Source of the DNA: Blastocladiella emersonii ATCC 22665
Lineage: Eukaryota > Fungi > Blastocladiomycota
Reading direction: 5' to 3'
DNA length: 64,000 nt
Assembly (NCBI GenBank): GCA_025594325.1
Contig: JANHCV010000012.1
Coordinates: 992,001-1,056,000, forward strand
The position numbers were made by a program, and so were the translations under genes. The notes below the pieces were generated by a model. The model ran no database searches, was not told the DNA's origin, and saw nothing but the letters and a program-made list of their open reading frames with translations. Below are positions 1 to 11,688 of this stretch, in pieces. The stretch's first letter is position 1. Every line of letters starts with the position of its first letter.

Positions 1-305
1 GCGCGTTGCAGGCAGTGAGGGGGACGCTGGCCTGGCGCACGCTTCCGCGGTCGGCTGTCGGGCTGACGGGGCGATGTGCGACGCGACGACGACGGCGAGG
101 GCAAAAAAAAATCTCAAGGCAACCTGTCCCCACGCGACGGGTCAGCTGACGCGGGGTGACCTCAATCCACACGAAGCGACCCCGCGCGCCCCACCCTGCC
201 ACCGCGCTGCCGCGCCGTGCGTGCCGCCGTCGTTGCGCGGCGCTTGCCCTGATCCCGAGGTTGACCGCACGCACGCCCGTCAGTCCATTCAAAAACCCGC
301 CAACC

Positions 306-1267
306 ATGAAGCGCGTATGTGTGTCGTCCGCACACCCCACCGGCCCGCCGACCAAATCCCTGACGCCTCACCCCGCGATGACCTACCCTAGTCGTACAAC
401 AACCGCAACGAGGGCCCGACGTCGCGCGACCAGCAGTCGAAGCGTGCGAAGCCGGACGCGGCGGTTCTGGCGACGAGCCCGATGATCTTCGTGGGCCAGC
501 TGCCGTTCACGGCGACGCAGGCGGCGCTGTCGGAGCTGTTCGGCCAGCACGGCACGGTCAAGAACCTGCGCATGGTGCGCAAGTCGCTGCGCCGCGAGGG
601 CAAGGTCAAGCACCTGTTCACGGGCGTGTGTTTCGTGACGTACGCGAGTGCGGCCGAGGCCGATGCGGCCGCCAAGGCGCTGGCGGGCACCGAGTACGAG
701 GGCCGCAAGCTGCGGTCCGACAAGGCGCCGCCCGGCCACGAGGCCGGCATGTCGCACAAGCCGCGCGACCCGACGGGCGCGCCCTCCAAGACGCTGTTTG
801 TGGCCAACCTCCCCTACAACTTTGACAAGGAGGTGCTCGAGGGCATGTTCGCCAAGCAGCGCGGGTTCGAGACGGTGCGCGCCACGCCCGACTCGATCGC
901 CAAGGGGTTCGGGTACGTGCAGTTCGAGGACGTGGACGCGGCCGTCGCTGCCGTCAAGGCCATGAACGGCACCATGTTCCGCGCCCGCCCGATCCGCCTC
1001 GACTACGCCAACTCGTCGCAGCTCGCCAACGTCAAGTCCAACGACCCCGCCAAGCAGAAGAAGGCGCTGGAGGCCGCCAAGGCCCACGCCGCCGAGAACG
1101 GCGAGGTCGTGGTTGCCGCGCCCGCCTCGAAGAAGAAGGCCGCTGCTGCCAAGGCGGCGCCCGTCCAGGTCAGCGACGACGACGACTCGGACGCGTCCGA
1201 CGACTCCGAGGAGGAGGAGGACAACTCGGAGGACTCGGATTCCGACGAGGACTCGGACGACGAGTAG
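306..1267 (+). CDS. Two-RRM RNA-binding protein with acidic C-terminal tail (nucleolin/Nsr1-like)
   Basis: RNP2/RNP1 motifs occur twice (IFVGQLP...GVCFVTY; LFVANLP...KGFGYVQF), followed by a D/E/S-rich tail. Exon 1 is ATGAAGCGC (306-314), intron 315-391 (GTATGT...CTGAC...TAG), and exon 2 (392-1267) is in phase. Confidence 0.85.
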
Positions 1268-1405
1268 GTGTAGTCGGTCGGTCCCGCTGCTTAGTACTAG
1301 TTTCCCTTTTGTGTATATACACGGCACTCGCTTATAGCCCCCTCCACGACGATGACGGCGACGCAAAAACTAGTTGTGTGTATTCTCTCTCTCGCACCCA
1401 CGCCC

Positions 1406-2442
1406 TTAGACGCGCACCTTGCCGTTCTGGGCCTCCCAATCGCCAATATGCTTGTTGGTGCGGTCGACCATCTGCTGCACCGTGAGGTTCTTGCCGTACG
1501 CGTCAACAAACTGGCCCGCGGGGTCCATGAGGTACATGAAGATGGAGTGGTCGACGAGGTAATCGTCGTCGCACTCCTCCTCGGGCGGCGGCGACGAGAA
1601 GTAGACGCGGTACTGCTTGGCGGTCGCCTTGACCTGCGGGTAGGTCCCCGTGAGCCCGCGCAACCGCGGGTGGAACTCCTTGACGTACTCGCGCACCGCC
1701 GCCACATCGTCGCGCTTCGGGTCGACCGAGATGAACACCGGCACCACCTTGAGCTGGTCGTTGGGGGCGAGGGAGTCGAGCGCCTCGGCCATCTTCTCGA
1801 GCTCCTCGGGGCAAATGTCGGGGCAGTTGGTGAACCCAAAGTACACGAGCATGAACTTGCCGCGGAACGCCGCGTCCGTGATCGGCGCGCCCTGCTCGTC
1901 CGCCAGCGTGAACGGGCCGCCCAGCTTCGGCTTGCCGACGGACTGGTCCGCGTCGCGCGCGGCTACACTTACCGGAGTCAGCCGGTGTCGCGGGTACGAG
2001 GGGAGAGCGCGGGCGGTGCGTACCGATCGCCTGCTTGGCCTTCTCCTTCTCGAGGTCAAAGTACATGTAGATGGCGGCGCCCGTCGCGAGCATGAGCGCG
2101 AGGCTGCGGTACGCGAGCGACTACGCGGATCGAGGATCAGTCGCAGGCACGGTAGCTATCGCGGGATAGCAGCGTACCGAGAACCGGCCCGTCTGGTTGC
2201 GCAGGTCGCGCACCTCCTTCTTGGCCGCCTCCTCGCCCGCGGGCGTCGAGTACATGCGCGCGAGCGGGCGAATGGGACGCGCGGCGGGGCGGCTAGACGG
2301 TTCACAACAACATCAGCAAGAGAGAGCGCAATCCACATGGGGTCTTGACATACAGCGCGGCAGAGGCGGCGCGCATGGGCGCGGCAGCACGCGGAGCGGC
2401 AGCAACACGCGCCGCAGCGGTTGCGAACAGTTGCTTCAGCAT
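1406..2442 (-). CDS. SCO1: Mitochondrial copper chaperone SCO1/SCO2 (cytochrome c oxidase assembly)
   Basis: Contains GGPFTL, YFGFTNCPDICP (CxxxC), FISVDPKRD and YLVDHSIFMYLMDP. The N-terminus (MLKQLFATAAARVAAA) resembles a mitochondrial presequence. A TM segment and several short introns are present. Confidence 0.92.
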
Positions 2443-2628
2443 GGTGTCGATCTTCGTAGCAGCGTGCGTGGTCGCGTCGGGAGGGCGGGGAGATGTGCGC
2501 GGCGAGCGATCTCAGAGTTCATTCAGCGCGGCGCGTGTTGACGGCGGCCATCACATGCAGCGCTGTTGACCGTCCCCTTCTCTCCCTATTCGTCACGGCC
2601 TCGCCCCCGCCCACCCAGACTCTCTGCA

Positions 2629-4095
2629 ATGCATTCCATGTTCCTGCGATCCGCCTTGGGCGGGCTCGCGCGGTCCACTCTGGCCCGTCCCGCCATCGCG
2701 CGCCCGCTCGCCGCCAAGCGGTTCGTCTCGGCGTCGTCGCTCCGCAGCGAGGGTTCCCTGGCCGCCGCCGCGAGACGCGTGGTTGCTGCCGCCGACAGCA
2801 AGAAGAAGGCCGAGCCACTCGCCGCCGCGAGTCCCGCACCCGCAATCGACCCGGCGGCGGCGGCAGCGGCGGCAGCGGCCGAGCTCAGCTCGACGGCGGC
2901 CAAGAAAAAGTCGACGATCCGGCGTGCCGGCAGCGCGGCGTCGCAGATCACCATGGACGATGTCACGATTGAGTCGCTGTCGCCCGTACGCCGCTTCCCC
3001 CCCTCTGACCCGTCCCCACCGTCAGCTAACTTCTCGCGTAGAACATGAAAATCGTCGCCTTCTGCACCGCCGAAGAGTACGACCTGTCGCCGATCCGCTC
3101 GCTGATCGACCGCACCCCCGGGTTCACGCTGCAGCCCGAGCTCGCCGCCGACGTGCTGCACGTGCGCGTGCACCTGCCGCCGACCGAGCCAACGCGCTCC
3201 ACGCCCGCGACCGACGGCGAGGGCGAGCTGTTTGTCTTCTCGGACGGCAGCTTTGTCGCGTGGGGCGCCAACGCGCAGGACTTGGGGACGCAGTTCCTCG
3301 CACGCGTGATCCGGAAACCGGGCAAGACGAAGATCGAGGGGATGCCGCATAAGTTTGCCGAGACCGAGGAGATGGATTTTATCGAGGATTCGAACGAGTA
3401 CGTGCGCTTTCTCTTCGAGCTCGTGCGATGGCTAACCGATCGTGCCGCGTAGGACCACGGGCCTCATCGGCGACACCATCATCATCGGGTCGCACCCGCC
3501 GCCGCCTCTCTCAAAACTCGCCTTCTCGCACGGGATCGCGCGGTCGACCAAGATCGCCGTCCTCGAGTCGCTGCTCGACCGGTACCTGGGCTCGACGCGC
3601 CACATCCCGCAGCAGCTGGCCATGGGCCACCCGCTCGCCATGGCCATGTCGCGGACCGCCGTTCTCCAAAAGATCGGCGAGCTGCTCTCCGTGCGCGCCC
3701 TGCTCAACCTATCGGGCAGCCCGCACGCCGCCGAGTCGCTGCTCGACACGCCCGACTGGTGCTGGTCGAAGCCGCAGCTCGAGGAGTACTACACGAAGGT
3801 GTGCCGGTGGCTCGACGTGAAGCCGCGGATCGCGGTGCTCAACCAGAAACTCGATTACGCGGCCGAGTTCGCCAACGTGCTCCGCGGCCATCTCTCGGAA
3901 CAGCATTCGCTCAAGCTCGAGTGGTTCATCATCATCCTCATCGCGATCGAGGTCGTGTTCGGGCTCTGCGAGTGGGGCGAGAAGCTCGGGTACCTCGAGT
4001 TCCCCGGGTCGCCGCACGGGCACGGGCACGGTGGTGGGTGTCAGTGCAAGTGCCAGCACGCCGCGATTGCTGCCGCGCCGCCAACACAGGAGTAG
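2629..4095 (+). CDS. DUF155/RMD1-family protein (RMND1/Mrx10-like, probably mitochondrial)
   Basis: Contains FCTAEEYDL, LFVFSDGSFVAWG, LAFSHGIARSTKIAVLE, LDVKPRIAVLNQKLDY and LKLEWFIIILIAIEV. Introns 2986-3041 and 3398-3452 keep the frame. The N-terminus is Arg/Ala-rich. Confidence 0.82.
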
Positions 4096-4140
4096 GTCCG
4101 GGTTCGCTTAGGTCACAATAATATATATACTCGTTGCTCT

Positions 4141-6471
4141 CTACTCGTCGCCAACAACGACCCCCGCCACCGCGAGCACCGACGGCGACACCCCGCCCCT
4201 CGCCCCCTCGCGCCCGCGGGACACGAGGTACGCGACGACCAGCCGGGCCGCGGACTGCACAAACCACTCCTCGCGCCGCTGCTGCACCTCGCTCCCGCCG
4301 GCCGCCTCGATCTGCTTGCCCTGGTGCGCGTTGTACACGGCCGCGAGCGCCTGGACCGCCGTCAGCTCACCCCGCTCTGCGCCATCGCGCTTCGTCTCCC
4401 CGCCGCGCTGCGACGGCCACCGCCCCACCACCTTCGCCGCGACCGCCATCGTGCAGCACCAGCACACCACAACGGCGTGGACTTCGAAGACCCAAAGCGC
4501 GGGCCACGCCGCGGCGCGTGCGAGCCCGAACACCAGCTCGCGCGCCGGCGCGGGGACGCGGCGGACGGCCGTCGCAAGCGCGGTCCCCGGCAGCCACCCG
4601 GTCCCGCCGCCGGCCTCGGAATCGAGCGCAGCGACCGTCAGGACCATGTACACGGTGACCGCGGCCGCGAGCGTCCACAACGGCGACACGCGCGTCGACG
4701 CGAGCGATTCGACGAGGGCGACGAGCGGGACGACGACGGGTTGGTTGGTGGGGGAGGAGGGGAAGCGGGTGGGGAGGTCGAGCGCGTGTGCGAGGTAGAG
4801 GGCGAGGGGGTGCCGAGGCGCGGGCCGAGATGGGGTGGCGCGAGGGCGACGGCGGACGGATTTCGATGCCGAGGCGGACGCGGAGGACGAGGTCCATGAA
4901 CGCGCAGCGGCGCTCTCATCGTCAGTCGACGATTCGACGGTAGCTTCGGGCACCGCGTCGAGCGAGCCGCGGCGCGAGACTCCCGTCGGCGGTGGCGGTG
5001 CGTGGTTGTGGTACCCGTTTCCGTTCCCGTTCCCGTTCATCGCGACGATCGCGGGCGCCGACTCAGCGTGCCGCAGCCCCGAGGGGCGGTGCGGGACCCC
5101 GCCAGCGCCGCCCGCCTTGCGCACCACCGGTACAGGTTCGGGCGACGACGACGACGCGGACGACCACCCATTCGCCCGTGTCGGCGACGGCGCGGGCACG
5201 ACCATCGGGCTGATGTTGAACGGCGGCGGGGTCAGGTCCCCCAAACCGCCGCACCGGCGTTGCTGCTGCGTGTCGTCTTCGCTGGGCGGCGGGAACCACC
5301 AGTCGGCCGGCGAGTCGGACGCGCTGCCCGCGCTACCGCGGGACGAGGCGCCGGTGGCGTACCGTGGGGATGCCGAGCGCGGGTCGAGCAGGCGGCGGCG
5401 CACGCTCGCGCTCGCGCGTGCGGGGAACGGCGGGTGGTCGCCCGATCCCGCAGCGGCGGCGGGCGGCGGGAGCGGGGGCATCGGCGAGAGGGTGTTCGGG
5501 CGCGGCGACGACGCGGTGGTGGCGGGCAGCGGCGGAGCGAGGTGGGTGCCGCTGCCGTTGGCGAGCGGCGGGCTCGCGGGGAGCTGCAGGGCGGCGGCCG
5601 CGAGGGGAGGCGAGTCGGGCGCGTTGACGGTCGTCCGCATGCTGCTGCCCGAGACATCCTCGTCGTCGTCCGATTCGCCGCTGCGCAGGTCGTCGGCGGA
5701 CACGTCGTCGTCTTCGAGCGCGAGCTCGGGTTCGGGCTCGGCGTGCGTCGCGTCGTCATCGTCTTCCTCACGTTTGTCGTCGGTCCCGTACGACGTGTCG
5801 AGATCCGCGTCCTCGCCATCGGGCAGCGCGGCGGCGAACCCGTTGCGCAGGCCGCCGCCGCCCGACGACTCGTACATGGAGAGACACGTCGACCCGACCC
5901 CCGCCGCTCCCGCCACCCCCGCAGCTGCGGCAGCAGCAGGCGCCGACTCCTCTTCGGGACTCGCCGCGGACGGGAACGCCGGATCGAACCCGCGGCGGCC
6001 CGGAAACGTGCCGGGCGGGAACGCGAACGTCGCGGGCGGCGCGCTGCCGCCGCCGCCAAAACTGCGGTCGCCGTCAGCCTCGGCAGCGAGCGCGGTCGGC
6101 GAGTCGGGGCGGCGAAACGGCGAACTGAGATCGCTGAGCCTGTCGTCGTCGCCGTCGAGCGACAGGTCGTCCATGGACGTGTCGTCGTCGGTCGCCGCGG
6201 CGCAGCCCTGCAGGAAGTTGGCCACGGGGCTGTCCGGGCACGAGTCGGCCGTCGACACGCTGCTGGCGCGCGGGCGCGAGGCTGCGGGCGAGAGGGTGGC
6301 GCGCCGCGGTAGTGGCGCCGGGGAGGCGGTGCGCGGGGGCGAGGCCGTCAAGTCGTCGTAGAGCAGCGGGACGAGTGGGGGTAGCGCCGGCGACGCGGAC
6401 GCGGGCGGGGTGCCGGGTGGACCGCCGCCGGCGGGCGGGGCCAGGCGCGAGATCATGGGCGGTGCGTTCAT
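4141..6471 (-). CDS. Hypothetical protein with a long P/S/D low-complexity N-terminus and 2-3 hydrophobic C-terminal segments
   Basis: Long uninterrupted ORF with coding-like GC3 bias and hydrophobic stretches (LWTLAAAVTVYMVLTVAAL; ALWVFEVHAVVVCWCCTMAVAA). The family was not recognised. Confidence 0.6.
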   Translation of the reverse strand: MNAPPMISRLAPPAGGGPPGTPPASASPALPPLVPLLYDDLTASPPRTASPAPLPRRATLSPAASRPRASSVSTADSCPDSPVANFLQGCAAATDDDTSMDDLSLDGDDDRLSDLSSPFRRPDSPTALAAEADGDRSFGGGGSAPPATFAFPPGTFPGRRGFDPAFPSAASPEEESAPAAAAAAGVAGAAGVGSTCLSMYESSGGGGLRNGFAAALPDGEDADLDTSYGTDDKREEDDDDATHAEPEPELALEDDDVSADDLRSGESDDDEDVSGSSMRTTVNAPDSPPLAAAALQLPASPPLANGSGTHLAPPLPATTASSPRPNTLSPMPPLPPPAAAAGSGDHPPFPARASASVRRRLLDPRSASPRYATGASSRGSAGSASDSPADWWFPPPSEDDTQQQRRCGGLGDLTPPPFNISPMVVPAPSPTRANGWSSASSSSPEPVPVVRKAGGAGGVPHRPSGLRHAESAPAIVAMNGNGNGNGYHNHAPPPPTGVSRRGSLDAVPEATVESSTDDESAAARSWTSSSASASASKSVRRRPRATPSRPAPRHPLALYLAHALDLPTRFPSSPTNQPVVVPLVALVESLASTRVSPLWTLAAAVTVYMVLTVAALDSEAGGGTGWLPGTALATAVRRVPAPARELVFGLARAAAWPALWVFEVHAVVVCWCCTMAVAAKVVGRWPSQRGGETKRDGAERGELTAVQALAAVYNAHQGKQIEAAGGSEVQQRREEWFVQSAARLVVAYLVSRGREGARGGVSPSVLAVAGVVVGDE

Positions 6472-8304
6472 GGGTTCCAGTAAGCGGGTTACATTGGGTT
6501 CAGCCAGTCGCAGCGGAGAGAGGGAAGGGAGGGGGGGAGGGTCGAAGAGCGAGCAAAGGGGCGGCGCAACGCGAGCGCGGCCGTGCGAACGCGCGTCACG
6601 TGGCGCCACCGCGCATGACCGCCGCGTCGCGTTTCGAGTTCGGCGGGTTCTCCTCTGCTCTTCGTCGTTCACGAATTGAATGGAGCAACGATTTCCTGCA
6701 TCTTCGGGGCTCGCGCTTGATTGAAGCTTGTGCGAACCCGCCAGGCTCGCAGACCCGCGGGACCTCGACGCAGCACACTTGACTGGCCAGCTCTACGTTC
6801 TGAAGGCATGGGACTGTCCCAGCGCTCGGTCAACCACTCAGAGTCCGTCTTGACAAGCCCGTCCCATATGCTTCATTCGACTGGTGCCTCAGATCCGGCC
6901 GTTCGCTGCCCAAGTACACCGGCGGACCCGCTGCACTTACTCAGAAAAACACGACTTGCTTGCGCGAACTCCGACCCCGAACCCCGAGCCCATTTCATGC
7001 CTTTGGCGACGGCACGCGAACTCGGCCCGTGGGACAACTCTTTTGATCGTGGCGCTGTACGAGCTCGCTTTGTCGCTCTACAACTTGATCTTCTTGCACG
7101 ATCGTTTCCGTTCAACTGATTCCGCACATGCTTGATCGTTCAATGTTTACTCCGCGGGCAAGACCGACCTCTGCTGCGTCGGACTCGCCGTTGTACTCGC
7201 AACACTGGCCTCATCATTCTCGAACGGGCACGCACGGTGGACGACGAATGTTAGCACGAGGATCGACCAAGTTTCGTAACCTTCAGTTGACGCTCTAGCT
7301 CATTGTGGGCCTGAGAGCGAGTGACGCGTTAACCTTGAACGAGCTTCGCCAAATCTCATCCCCATACCAGTATGCTCGGATTGCTGGATACGGGAGGCGA
7401 CGCAGCCGAGCGTTCGTTTCGCGGTGACAGCCGTCAAGTGCGGACTGCGACAAACCGTCCATTCAAGCGCCCGTTTTCTGTCAAGAAAGTGTTTTCTAGC
7501 ACGCAAAGGGTAGGTGTCGACGAAATAACGGAACCATGCGCTGCGCCACCACGTGGTCCGGTCTAATCGCATACGTTTGACATGTCCAGCCGCTTTCCGA
7601 GCAGCGCGAACGCACACTGGCGGGGCCGGCTGGTGTTCGACCAGTACTATTTGTCAATGCGCACTCACCGAAGCTAAGCGAGGACTAACAACGGGAGCAT
7701 AAAGCCGACTTCAGCCCGCCGCTCCCTCCTGGTCTCCCAAGTCTTCTGCAAGAGAACCTCGACTAGACAACAGTTGTCTCACAATGTACCATGTTCCAGC
7801 GACTCCGCGTGCTTGCCGCCTACGAACGCTCCCTTACCATCACCGCCAAGCTCGGGCCACCTCGAAAGTTTTGGGGGTACCGCGACGGCGAGGGGAAGGT
7901 TCTCTGGATCCTATCTATCGAATTTCCCTACCCTCGCACCATGCCCTTTGCAGGCCTGGTCGGTGCGGGCTTGTACAAGTTGGCCGCTCCAAAAAAGAGC
8001 GACACTACACCCTAACTTTGGTTTTATCCGGGTGTATGTTCGAGTGGTCAGGGATACGAAACCACCGTGAGCTCACTACCGGTCTAGGCGGTCGGGGAGA
8101 GACAAGCGCGGACGCGTCAAACAATCATGTGAGAGGCATGGTGTGTGGCTGAGTCGGCGGCACCGCACCGCTGATCCAAACCGCAATGCGCACACGGGCG
8201 CCTGATCTGGTGGCTCTGCCTCGCAGGCCACCGCCGCCCATAAATCGCGGATCCCTCCCTGGCACCCGCCCTCTCTCCCCACACCCCGCGCAAACCCGAA
8301 TCAA

Positions 8305-9748
8305 ATGAAATCCAACGTGCCGTCCTTGCCCGCGGCACTCGTCGACCGGATCCTGTGCACCGCCGTGCGGTTGCACGACCCCAACGACGTGCAGGACATG
8401 CTTCCCTACAGCCGCGTGATGCTCCTCGACGACGCGCCGCTTGTCCACAAGACGATCCAGCGCCACATCATGTCGATCTCCATGGACGAGGCCAGCGCGA
8501 CGGCCCGCCTCAACGTCCTCGACGTGTGGCGTCGCTCGAGCATGCCGCTCGTGTACACGGTCCGCGCCATTCGCGACGCGTCGGCCTCGTACAAGACGCT
8601 CGACTGGTGGCGCCGCTCGGGCCTCGCGCTGCCCGAGTGCCAGGTCTCCGACATGGTCCAGGTGCACTTCAACGGGACCTGCGACGGCGACACGGACGAC
8701 GCGGACCTCTACGTACGCCTTTTGTGATGTGGTGTCGCACAGCTCAACAAATTGACAACGTCTGACTGTTTAGACCCTGGCTCCGGGCACCGCGCCGCCC
8801 GCTGACGCGCAGGTCCAAGGGATGCTCAAGGGCATTCGCAGCGGCGAGGTCACGGACGTGTCCCTGTTCGAGGAGCGCCTCTCCGAAACCGGTGCTGCGG
8901 TGCTCGCTGAGGCCTTGGCCTCGCCCACGTCCAAAGTCGAGCAGATCGACCTGACCTGCAGCGACATCACCTTCTCGGTGCTGCGCGCGTTGCGTCTCCC
9001 GGAAACCATCAAGAAAATCTCCGCGCAGTACAACTGGCCCGCCGAGGGCGCCGAGGACCCGCACGCCGCGTCGCCGTTCCCGTCCAACCTGCAGATCCTC
9101 GACTTCGAGGGCAGCATCCTCGGCAGCCCACAGCAGATGGAGGGCCTCCTGCGCCGCCTCCCGTCGTCGCTCGTCGAGCTCCGCCTGCCGCGCATCCGCA
9201 TGGACGGCGAGTACGCCGCGATCCTCGCCCGCCACCTCCCCGCGGGGCTTCGCGAGCTGACGCTGTACATGTGCCACCTTGACTCGGCCGCGATCGCCGT
9301 GATCGCGCCGCACCTGCCCAAGGGCCTGACCTACCTCGCGATCGGTACCAACAACATCTCGGGCGACGGCGCAGTTGCGCTTGCGTCGCACCTGCCGCCG
9401 GGTCTCGAGCAGCTTGACGTCGCCCACAACCCGATTGGCGAGAAGGGCCTCGTCGCGCTCGGCAAGGCGCTGCTCAAGTCGCTCACCACGCTGTGGGTGT
9501 CCAACACGGGCATGACGGACGCGGGCATCACGGCGATCATGGTAAACGCTCCGCCGCAGCTCGATATGATCAGCATGCGCGGCGCGTCGCTCACGCAGGC
9601 GGGCCTCGACGCGATCCTCAAGTACCGTCCCGAGAGCCTGAACTACATTGGGCTCGAGGAGCTCACGAACGCCGAGACGGGTGGCGAGCTCGATGTGACG
9701 GACTTCCTCGCGCGGGCGCCTGAGGGACTTTCCGTCGACCTGCAATAG
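8305..9748 (+). CDS. F-box-like/ankyrin-like/RNI-type LRR protein, family copy 1 (apparently intact)
   Basis: Exon 8305-8712, phase-0 intron 8713-8773 (GTACGC...CTGAC...TAG), exon 8774-9748. N-terminus LPAALVDRILCTAV; ankyrin-like SMDEASATARLNVLDVWRRS / TLDWWRRSGL; repeated LPxxLxxLxLxxNxIxxxG LRR units. Confidence 0.8.
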
Positions 9749-9934
9749 ACTGTTCGTTGCGGACATACGATCCAGGGAAAATAGATTGTTCGTCGAGACA
9801 TGGGTGACATTGTTCCCAACGGTTCAATGTCTCGAGGTGAAATAATTAACGACGCGTTGAGTTATCATCTGTTCAAACTCTCGCCACGTCCCCCACGCGT
9901 TCGCGCTCCCTCGCAGCTTTGCAAACCCCTCACC

Positions 9935-11405
9935 ATGAATCCAATGGAGAAAAAACTTCCTGTATTACCTCTTGTGATACTGGATCTCATCCTGTGCGAG
10001 GCCGCCCTGCTCCACGGTCCATCCGAGCTCGACGGGCTTGGCGAATATGGCCGCGTCCTACTACGAGCGCACGCACCCCGCGCTCACCACGCCATCCAGC
10101 AGCGGCTTCTCTTGCACATGTCCATGGACGACGCTAGTCGCGACGGCCGGGTCGATGTGCTTGAGGCCTGGCACCGCTCAGGCTTCCCGCTCAACTATTC
10201 TTACTGGCATCAACAACGTGGGGTCATACGAGGTACTTGACTGGTGGTACCGGTCGAGACTTTTGATGCCAGAGACGGAGTATCGGTACAAGGACACAGT
10301 GGTTGTCCACTTCATGGGGAAAGCTGGCAGGGAGGACGTCCACGTACGGAGATATAGCCGCTTGATCATCTCAAAGGGCTGCTCTGAACAAAGCCGTATG
10401 CTGTAGCTTTCTCTCCGCGTGGGCGAAGAGGTCGGCGATCGTCAAATTCGCGAAATTGCGACCACTATCGCTGCCGGGAACACTTGTGTCGTTGAAATCG
10501 AGGGCATTCGCATCACCGAAGCTGGAGCTGCTGCTCTCGCTGACGCCATGGCCGCTAATGGAAAGATCCGCGGCGTGCAACTCTCTTGCTGCTCCTTGAA
10601 CTTCCCGCTGCTGTGTTCGCTGCGGCTGCCAGCGACTGTCAAACGGCTAAAGCTTGACCGAAACTGGGTTTTTACCGGCGCGTCGGCGTCGACCACGGGC
10701 AGCGCTTCGCCATTCCCGCCCTTCCTTGAGGAACTCGCTATCGAATCGGGCGACTACGCGACCGACGCGGACGCCGAAGCATTCTTTCGTCACCTACCAT
10801 CGTCGCTCACCTATTTCCAGCTCGACTCAGATGCTGAACACAACCCGCCTGGATTTGGTCGCGCGCTGGGTCGCAACCTCCCAGCCGGCCTGCGAACACT
10901 TGATCTCGCTCGCGCCTCGCTCTCGTCGGACGACCTGGCTAACCTCGCGCCTTTCTTGCCCGCCAGGCTGACCCACCTCAATCTCTCATTCAACGAGTTT
11001 GACGAACGTGGCGTGGTACAGCTCGTGCAGCACATTCCGCCTGGCCTTGTCTCGCTTGACTTGACCAATAACGGACTTGGCGATGCAGGAGTTGCCGCGC
11101 TCATGCCCAACCTTCCACCGACTTTGCGTATCCTCATCGTTTCCGAAGTGGACATGACCAGCACTGGCGTGGCCACAGTTATGGCGCACGCACCTCCCGG
11201 ACTTGAAGAGCTGACTTTGGACTTCGCCGAGGTGACTTTCGAGTCGATTGACGTGATCTTTGACCAACTCCCGCCCGACTTGCGCCGCTTATCGCTTATC
11301 CAAATCCAACTTGATGCTGGTGACCACAACGCGTTTGTCCAGGAGTGCGAATGGCGCACGCCGCTACGACTTCCTACGAGCATTTCGATCGCAGCACAAC
11401 ACTGA
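9935..11405 (+). pseudogene. LRR family copy 2, one frameshift near 10,205
   Basis: MNPMEKKLPVLPLVILDLIL... shifts frame into GINNVGSYEVLDWW. The phase-0 intron 10344-10406 is at the same position as in copy 1. The LRR exon 10407-11405 is open. Confidence 0.72.
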
Positions 11406-11462
11406 GGCGCGTCGGCGAGCAGTTGGAGAGTGGTTTGTTGATCCTAATCCCGTTCGAATACA

Positions 11463-11528
11463 TTCGCTGCGCTTCGCTGCGCTTCGCTGCGCTTCGCTGC
11501 GCTTCGCTGCGCTTCGCTGCGCTTCGCT
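11463..11528. repeat. Perfect 10-bp tandem repeat (TTCGCTGCGC) x ~6.5
   Basis: Read directly from the sequence, between LRR copies 2 and 3. Confidence 0.95.
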
Positions 11529-11688
11529 CGATCTACGAGTATATTTCCGGAGCTGTCAATTAATGTAGCCGGCAACGGATCAGCCAGCGTTGAGACAGAC
11601 TGAGACGCGTTGAACAATCAACTGACCTGAAGCCGAGCGAGCCGCGCTTGGCCAGCTCTCCCCCGCGCGAGGCATGAACTCCCTCACC

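Noticed and set aside
6700-8290. Genes or ncRNA in the lower-GC interval (also 13,200-14,200 and 53,700-54,450)
   Set aside because: Short ORFs without codon bias or motifs, and no tRNA cloverleaf or rRNA signature.
11463-11528. CRISPR-like array (also considered for 45414-45523)
   Set aside because: The units are head-to-tail with no unique spacers, and the context is eukaryotic.
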